From positions 208,398 to 272,397 of the forward strand of contig BPIH01000001.1 of the NCBI GenBank assembly GCA_026004015.1: a DNA stretch of 64,000 nucleotides, in the 5' to 3' direction. Position numbers and translations under genes: made by a program. The notes under the pieces were generated by a model. The model saw nothing but the letters and a program-made list of their open reading frames with translations, made no database searches and was not told the DNA's origin. The DNA is from Chloroflexota bacterium (GTDB lineage Bacteria; Chloroflexota; Limnocylindria; Limnocylindrales; CSP1-4). Shown one piece after another: positions 59,218 to 64,000 of this stretch (positions within the stretch are counted from its first letter, which is position 1; every line of letters starts with the position of its first letter).

Positions 59218-60353
59218 ATGGACGCCCGCCAGGTACCCGCGCCGCCAGCGCCCACCGACCTCTTCGACCGAGAACAGGAGTGGGCGGACCTCACCAACTT
59301 CGCGCCGCGCCTCTTGATGGACCGCGCCTCGGTCTCGTGTACGGGCGCAGGCGGCACGGCAAGACCTACCTCCTCGAGCACGTCGCCTCGGCGAGCGAGG
59401 GGTTCTACTACCAACCGATCGAAGAAGAGCGCCACCCCACCCTGGAACGGTTCGCCGCCGCGGTGGCCGCCTTCGCCGGAGCGCCCGCCTGGGCCGGCGC
59501 CCGCTTCCCGGACTGGGCGGCCGCCCTCCGGGTCCTCGCCGAGGCGGCGGCCGGTCGGCTCCTCGCATCGACGAGTTCCCGTCCCTCCTCCGCGGCTCGC
59601 CCGAGCTCCCTTCGATCATCCAGGCTGCCTTCGACGCCGCTCGGGCCGGCCGTCACCCCGCCTTCCGGCTCGTCCTCTGCGGATCCGCCCTCTCGGTGAT
59701 GACGGAGCTCCTGACCGGCCAGCGGGCCCTCCGTGGGCGAGCGAGCCTCGACCTCGCCCTCGAGCCGTTCGACTATCGTCAGGCGCGCTCGTACTGGCGC
59801 ATCGGGGACCATCGGACGGCGTTCCTCGTCGATGCCGTCGTCGGCGGCGCCCCGGGCTATCGCGACCTCCTCGATGGCCGGGTTCCGGCCGGGCCGGGCG
59901 AGTTCGCCGACTGGCTCGCGGCCGGCGTTCTGAACCCCTCTCACGCGCTCTTCCGGGAGGCCGACGACCTCCTCGCCGAGGAACCCGGCCTCGTCGACCG
60001 GTCCCTCTATCGCTCGATCGTCGGCGCCGTCGCGGAAGGGAGCCGCACGATCCGTAACGTGGCCCGAGCCGTCGGTCGCCCCGAGACCGCTCTCGGCCAC
60101 CCGCTCGGCCAGCTCATGCGCAGCCGCTTCCTCGTCCGGCACGACGACGTGTTCCGCCCGCGCCGGCCCCTCCTCAGCGTCGCCGACCCGCTCCTCCGGT
60201 TCTTCTTCTCCGTCGTTCGCCCCGACCTGCCCCGTTTTGAGGCGCGACCTCCTCTTCGGGCTCGCTGGCTTCGAGGCGACGCTCCGCCGGGCGGCGCGAG
60301 GCCGCACCGATGTGGAGCTCGTCGACCTGGAGCGATGCTACGAGGGCGAGTGA
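59218..60353 (+). pseudogene. decayed Arch-ATPase/DUF234-family gene (at least 3 frameshifts plus loss of the nuclease core)
   Basis: Segments in three frames: MDARQVPAPPAPTDLFDREQEWADL / LGLVYGRRRHGKTYLL (Walker A) / IDEFPSLL..LVLCGSALSVMTELL...RFFFSVVRPDLPRFEA / RDLLFGLAGFEATLRRAARGRTDVELVDLERCYEGE*. Colinear with the downstream intact paralog except for ~110 aa. Confidence 0.7.
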
Positions 60354-60370
60354 CGGCCGACGTGTCTCTC

Positions 60371-60405
60371 TAGATAAGGGCCGTTATCATAAGCGCCGTT
60401 ATTTA
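60371..60405. promoter_or_regulatory. AT-rich operator/promoter-like element with two ATAA-N6-TTAT inverted repeats
   Basis: TAGATAAGGGCCGTTATCATAAGCGCCGTTATTTA lies ~40 nt upstream of ATG 60444. It is one of the few AT-rich patches in the window. Confidence 0.4.
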
Positions 60406-60443
60406 CCCGAACCGACCGAGAAGGACAGACCGGGAAGGGTAGG

Positions 60444-61883
60444 ATGCCGTTCATCGATCGAGAGCGCGAGCTCGAGGCGCTGGAAGAGCGCTGGGGGTTG
60501 GAGCCCCAGCTCATCCTGCTCTGGGGACGGCGCAGAATCGGCAAGACGACCCTCATCCAGCGGTTCGCCGTTGCCAAGCCGGGCATCGTCTACCAGGCGA
60601 TCCAGGGCACGGCCGCGGAGCAGCTCACCCTCCTCACCGATCGGATCCTCGCCTATCGGCCGGATCCCGCCCTCGCCGCGTCGCCCCTTCAGAACTGGCC
60701 CCAGGCGCTGGCGTACCTGACGAACCTCGCCCGCCTGGCCGCGGCGCGCCGCGAGCCGCTCCTCGTCGTCATCGACGAGTTCCCGTATCTCGTCGCCTCG
60801 ACGCCGGCCCTGCCGTCGATGCTCCAAGCCACGCTTGAGGAGGTGCGTCGGGACGGGCTCCCGCTGTTCCTCGTCATCGCCGGGAGCCAGGTGGCGATGT
60901 TCGAGCGGCACGTCCTCCATGGGCCCCTCTTCGGGCGGCGGACCTGGGGCGAGCAGCTCCCGCCCCTCGACCACCGCCAGGCGCGCGGGTTCTTCCCCGA
61001 CTGGACCGCGGCGGACGCACTGCGGGCCTGGGCGGTCCTCGGTGGCGTCCCGTACTACCTGGAGCAGTTCGACCCGGGACGGTCACTGGCCTGGAACCTT
61101 GAGAACCGGATCCTCCGAAAGGGCGAGGTCCTCTACTCCGAAGCCGAGCTGGTCGTCTCCGAGGAGCTCGGCCCCGACGCCCGGACGTACCTCTCGATCC
61201 TCGCCGCCGTCGCATCGGGTGCGAGCCGCCAGAACGAGATCGCGACCCGCGTCGGCATCCCGGGGCATGCCGTGCCCCCGTACCTGGCGACGCTGCGGCG
61301 GCTCCACCTCCTCGAGCACGATCGGCCGACCGGAGGCGGGAAGGGGGGCCGGGCCGGGGTCTGGCGACTCGGCGACCCCTACCTGCGGTTCTGGTTCCGC
61401 TTCGTCCGACCAAACCTGGCCGACCTCGAGGCGCGGCGGCATCGCGAGGTCTTCCGACAACGGGTTGCCCCCGAGCTCGACCGGTTCGTCTCCAAGCCCG
61501 CCTTCGAGGAGGCGTGCCGCTCGTACGTTCGACTGGCCATGGGCCGGGACGCAGCGCTGCCCGAGCGAGGGGTCGTCGGCGCTTGGTGGGGGCAGGTGCC
61601 GGACGAACGGCGATCGGGGGGTCGACGGACGCGAAAGGGCGAGGTCGATGTCGTCGTCTACGACGGCGAGCGTCTGCTCCTCGCCGGCGAGGCGAAGTGG
61701 TCCGCCGGTGAGGTCGACGTCGATGCCCTCGGTCAGCTCGAAGCCACGGCTCGCCACCTGCCAGGCTTCGGCCCCGAGACGCGGCTTCTGCTCGTGGGCC
61801 GGGAAGGGTTCAGTGCCCGCCTGCGGCAGATCGAAGAGGCCGGGCGGGTCATCCTCCGTACGGTCGACGACCTCTACCGCTGA
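60444..61883 (+). CDS. ATP-binding protein, Arch-ATPase (AAA-like) domain plus DUF234/PD-(D/E)xK nuclease-like C-terminal domain
   Basis: FIDRERELEAL, Walker A GRRRIGKTTL, Walker B LLVVIDEFPY, wHTH-like middle (YLSILAAVASGASRQNEIA), C-terminal EVDVVVYDGERLLLAGEAKWS (D...ExK). Confidence 0.85.
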   Translation: MPFIDRERELEALEERWGLEPQLILLWGRRRIGKTTLIQRFAVAKPGIVYQAIQGTAAEQLTLLTDRILAYRPDPALAASPLQNWPQALAYLTNLARLAAARREPLLVVIDEFPYLVASTPALPSMLQATLEEVRRDGLPLFLVIAGSQVAMFERHVLHGPLFGRRTWGEQLPPLDHRQARGFFPDWTAADALRAWAVLGGVPYYLEQFDPGRSLAWNLENRILRKGEVLYSEAELVVSEELGPDARTYLSILAAVASGASRQNEIATRVGIPGHAVPPYLATLRRLHLLEHDRPTGGGKGGRAGVWRLGDPYLRFWFRFVRPNLADLEARRHREVFRQRVAPELDRFVSKPAFEEACRSYVRLAMGRDAALPERGVVGAWWGQVPDERRSGGRRTRKGEVDVVVYDGERLLLAGEAKWSAGEVDVDALGQLEATARHLPGFGPETRLLLVGREGFSARLRQIEEAGRVILRTVDDLYR

Positions 61884-61900
61884 CCCGGCCCGGGGCGCCG

Positions 61901-62290
61901 CCGCGGCCGGGCCGCATCCATTCGCCCGGCGAATGCTACCGGGGGGTGCTTCACCGGCCCGCACCGGATATTCGTGGGCTGGATCGTACGCCCGGCGAGC
62001 CGGCAGCCGCGGCGCCATCCATGCCCCCCACGAATGGTGGACTCGGCCCGTGCCGAGATCGCCGGGCGAGCATTCAGCGTGTGCATGACCGACCGTCCCG
62101 CGCCCTCGTGACCGCCTCGCGCGGCCCGCTCCCGCCCGCGGACCCGGTAACCCGAGCCCCGCCCCGCTGGCAGGACCCGGTCGGGCCATTCGCCCGGTGC
62201 ATGGCTGCACGGGCCGACCCGGCGGCTCGGGTCGACCGCCGCGGCACGGGCCGATCGCCGCGGCACGGGCCGATCGCCGCGGCACGACGG
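61901..62290. repeat. copy B of the ~326-nt interspersed repeat plus 19-nt tandem-repeat tail
   Basis: Core 61901-62226 has the same orientation as copy A. Palindromic 17-mers at 61919-61935, 62071-62087 and 62187-62203. Tail GCCGCGGCACGGGCCGATC x2.6 at 62238-62287. Confidence 0.85.
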
Positions 62291-62651
62291 CGAGGACCTT
62301 GGGCGGGGAACAGCGAGCGGGCGCCCACGAAAGCGTTCTCCGCCACCCCAGGAGCGTCTTCGCAGCTCAACCCGGGACGAAGCCCTGCGGCGAGGGACAT
62401 CTGCCTTGACCGACGTGTCGATGACGATCACGACTCGCCGAAACCGGTCTCGCGGAGGTGGCGATCGACGTCGTCGGCGACGTCTCCAGACTTCCCGGCA
62501 CAACGAGGCCCCGCTTCCCCCCGGCGAGGCCTCGCTCCTTCAGCTTGTCGGCTCCGGGAGCAGTTGGGTCAGGGAGCGCAGCCGCAGCAGCGGGCGGGAC
62601 TCGAACTTGTCGAGTGCCGTGTCCGTTGGGGCGGGAGCACCATCGCATCAC

Positions 62652-62659
62652 GATAATAT
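62652..62659 (+). promoter_or_regulatory. -10-like GATAATAT 9-11 nt upstream of ATG 62669 (candidate leaderless promoter of the RHH/PIN pair)
   Basis: cacGATAATATgatgtagttATG. AT-rich patch with no SD sequence. Confidence 0.4.
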
Positions 62660-62668
62660 GATGTAGTT

Positions 62669-62914
62669 ATGAAGACGCGGACGACGGTGACCCTCGACGA
62701 GGAGGTCCTGCGGGCTGTGAAGGTGCGAGCGGCGCGGACCGGGAAGCGCGAGAGTCAGGTCATCGAGGAGGCACTCCGGCGCGATCTGGGCCTGGACCTC
62801 CTGGCGGGGCTCTGGGAACGGAACCGGATGTCGGAGGACGAGGCGATGGCCCTCGCCCTCGAGGCCCAGCGGGAGGCGCGCCGCGCGACCGAGCGGCGTT
62901 CGGATCTGGGTTAG
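62669..62914 (+). CDS. ribbon-helix-helix (CopG-like) antitoxin
   Basis: MKTRTTVTLDEEVLRAVKVRAARTGKRESQVIEEALRR. Lies 3 nt upstream of the PIN gene. Confidence 0.75.
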   Translation: MKTRTTVTLDEEVLRAVKVRAARTGKRESQVIEEALRRDLGLDLLAGLWERNRMSEDEAMALALEAQREARRATERRSDLG

Positions 62915-62917
62915 GCC

Positions 62918-63346
62918 GTGCGGGCGGTCCTGGACGTGAACGTCTTGGTTGCCGCCCTCCTCTCGGCCGGATGCGCTCCCGCTCGATTGCTCACCAACTG
63001 GCTCGACGGGGGCTTCGAGCTGGTCGTTTCAGCGGAGCTCCTGACCGAGCTCGAGCGCGCGCTCTCGTACCCGAAGGTTTGCGCCTGCGTCTCCGCCGAC
63101 GAGGCCAGGCGCCTGGTCGTCCTCCTGGAGACCGGGGCGCTGCTGCTTCGGGATCCGCCCGACGAACCGCCCGTAGAGCCGGCAGATCCGGACGACCGTT
63201 ACCTCGTCGCCCTGGCTGCAGCCGCCGAGGCCGTCCTCGTGACCGGCGACGCAGGGCTGCTCGCCCTCCGCGACCGTGGCCTTCCCGTGCTGCGTCCGGC
63301 CGAGTTCCTCCTCGAGGTGGAGCGTCGGCCGCCGCCTGCCGGGTAG
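62918..63346 (+). CDS. PIN-domain toxin (PIN_3/TIGR00305-like)
   Basis: VLDVNVLVAALLS...ELLTELERAL...PDDRYLVALAAAAEAVLVTGD. Confidence 0.75.
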   Translation: MRAVLDVNVLVAALLSAGCAPARLLTNWLDGGFELVVSAELLTELERALSYPKVCACVSADEARRLVVLLETGALLLRDPPDEPPVEPADPDDRYLVALAAAAEAVLVTGDAGLLALRDRGLPVLRPAEFLLEVERRPPPAG

Positions 63347-63609
63347 CGTGCTCGCGGCCGCTCTCCGTGCGGGCGAGGGTCGGGGCCCGGGCGAGCGTCG
63401 GGCCGTGGTGCGGGCCACCGGGCGGCGCTCGATGCCGCCGGACGTGCAGGCCGTCCCGGACGACGAGCCCATCGGTCACGCCTCGCCGTCCGCGCCCGGG
63501 CTACCCGGACCGTGGCGCCCCGAGCTCACCGCCGACGCCCACTGTCGAGGCGATCGCCCGGGTCGCGACCGTCCTCCTTTCGAGCCGCTGAGCGGGAGCC
63601 AAGCGGACG

Positions 63610-64000
63610 CTATGACCCGGCCGCCAGGGCCGCCTGCCGCTCGATCGTCTCGACCCGCTCGAGGGTCATCGATCGGAGGCGCGCCGACCGGATCCGAGCG
63701 ACCCAGGCCCGTGCCTCGGCGCCACGGTACCCGTCGTCGAGGCGGAGTTCCGGCAGGTGACGGAACCGCCGCCCATGGGTCGCCCCGAGGTAGGCGAGGT
63801 CGAAGACGGCCTTCGCCGGCCTCGCGAGCGCGATCCCCGAGGGCAAGACCTCGAACCCTCCGAAGACTTCTGGGGCGAGCTGATGGACAACGACGACGCC
63901 GAGCGGCGTCGAGATCCGCCGCGAGCGCCCGAGTGAGACGGCGTGGGTCTCCCGCGGGATCTGCGACAGCATCCCGTGGGCGTGGAGCGCCGACCAGAGC
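63610..64000 (-). CDS. AbiEi-like antitoxin/transcriptional-regulator domain protein; 5' end beyond window
   Basis: Frame is open to the window edge: ..LWSALHAHGMLSQIPRETHAVSLGRSRRISTPLGVVVVHQLAPEVFGGFEVLPSGIALARPAKAVFDLAYL fits the AbiEi C-terminal domain pattern. Confidence 0.5.
   Translation of the reverse strand, partial: LWSALHAHGMLSQIPRETHAVSLGRSRRISTPLGVVVVHQLAPEVFGGFEVLPSGIALARPAKAVFDLAYLGATHGRRFRHLPELRLDDGYRGAEARAWVARIRSARLRSMTLERVETIERQAALAAGS

Noticed and set aside
63347-63609. Possible AbiEii toxin gene downstream of the AbiEi-like ORF (an AAGGAGG-like site on the minus strand near 63590).
   Set aside because: No start codon at suitable spacing and no ORF with protein-like composition. 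The space is far too short for a DUF1814 nucleotidyltransferase.

Overview
Very GC-rich chromosomal segment (third codon positions are almost always G/C; several apparently leaderless genes; actinobacterium-like gene content). It is mostly core metabolism. In order: a methionine-salvage/SAM-cycle cluster (mtnA, GNAT, ahcY, metK); a GDP-mannose module (manC-like, phosphohexomutase, cupin PMI); a cobalamin riboswitch driving a BtuFCD-type importer; hom-thrC-thrB; lysC-birA; and a large acc/fab cluster (accD-accA fusion, lysine-less BCCP paralog, accC, fabZ, fabF, accB, fabH). Accessory material is interspersed: three intact PIN/RHH toxin-antitoxin pairs, an AbiEi-like gene, two ECF sigma factors with membrane-spanning C-terminal extensions, and several secreted-protein/lipoprotein operons. 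The observations most worth follow-up are listed here. (1) Two direct ~326-nt copies of an unrecognised palindrome-rich noncoding repeat at 58.3 and 61.9 kb bracket a cassette of Arch-ATPase/DUF234 genes, and gene fragments abut the repeat copies. (2) A lower-GC operon of 3-4 overlapping genes of unknown function lies at 54.0-55.5 kb. (3) A lower-GC five-gene locus at 30.7-34.6 kb encodes a small secreted protein, a lipoprotein, a peptidoglycan-binding adaptor and a MacB/FtsX-type ABC pair. (4) A secreted caspase-fold-like protein is co-operonic with PepSY and beta-propeller lipoproteins at 9.7-12.4 kb. (5) A BCCP paralog lacking the biotinyl-lysine sits between accDA and accC. Important caveat: about 20 single-nucleotide frame breaks interrupt well-conserved, partly essential genes. 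Where I could reconstruct them they lie in G/C-rich stretches, several in G or C runs, so the assembly probably carries indel errors and many coordinates are composite. The long antisense ORFs in the track are GC artefacts. No rRNA, tRNA or CRISPR array was found.
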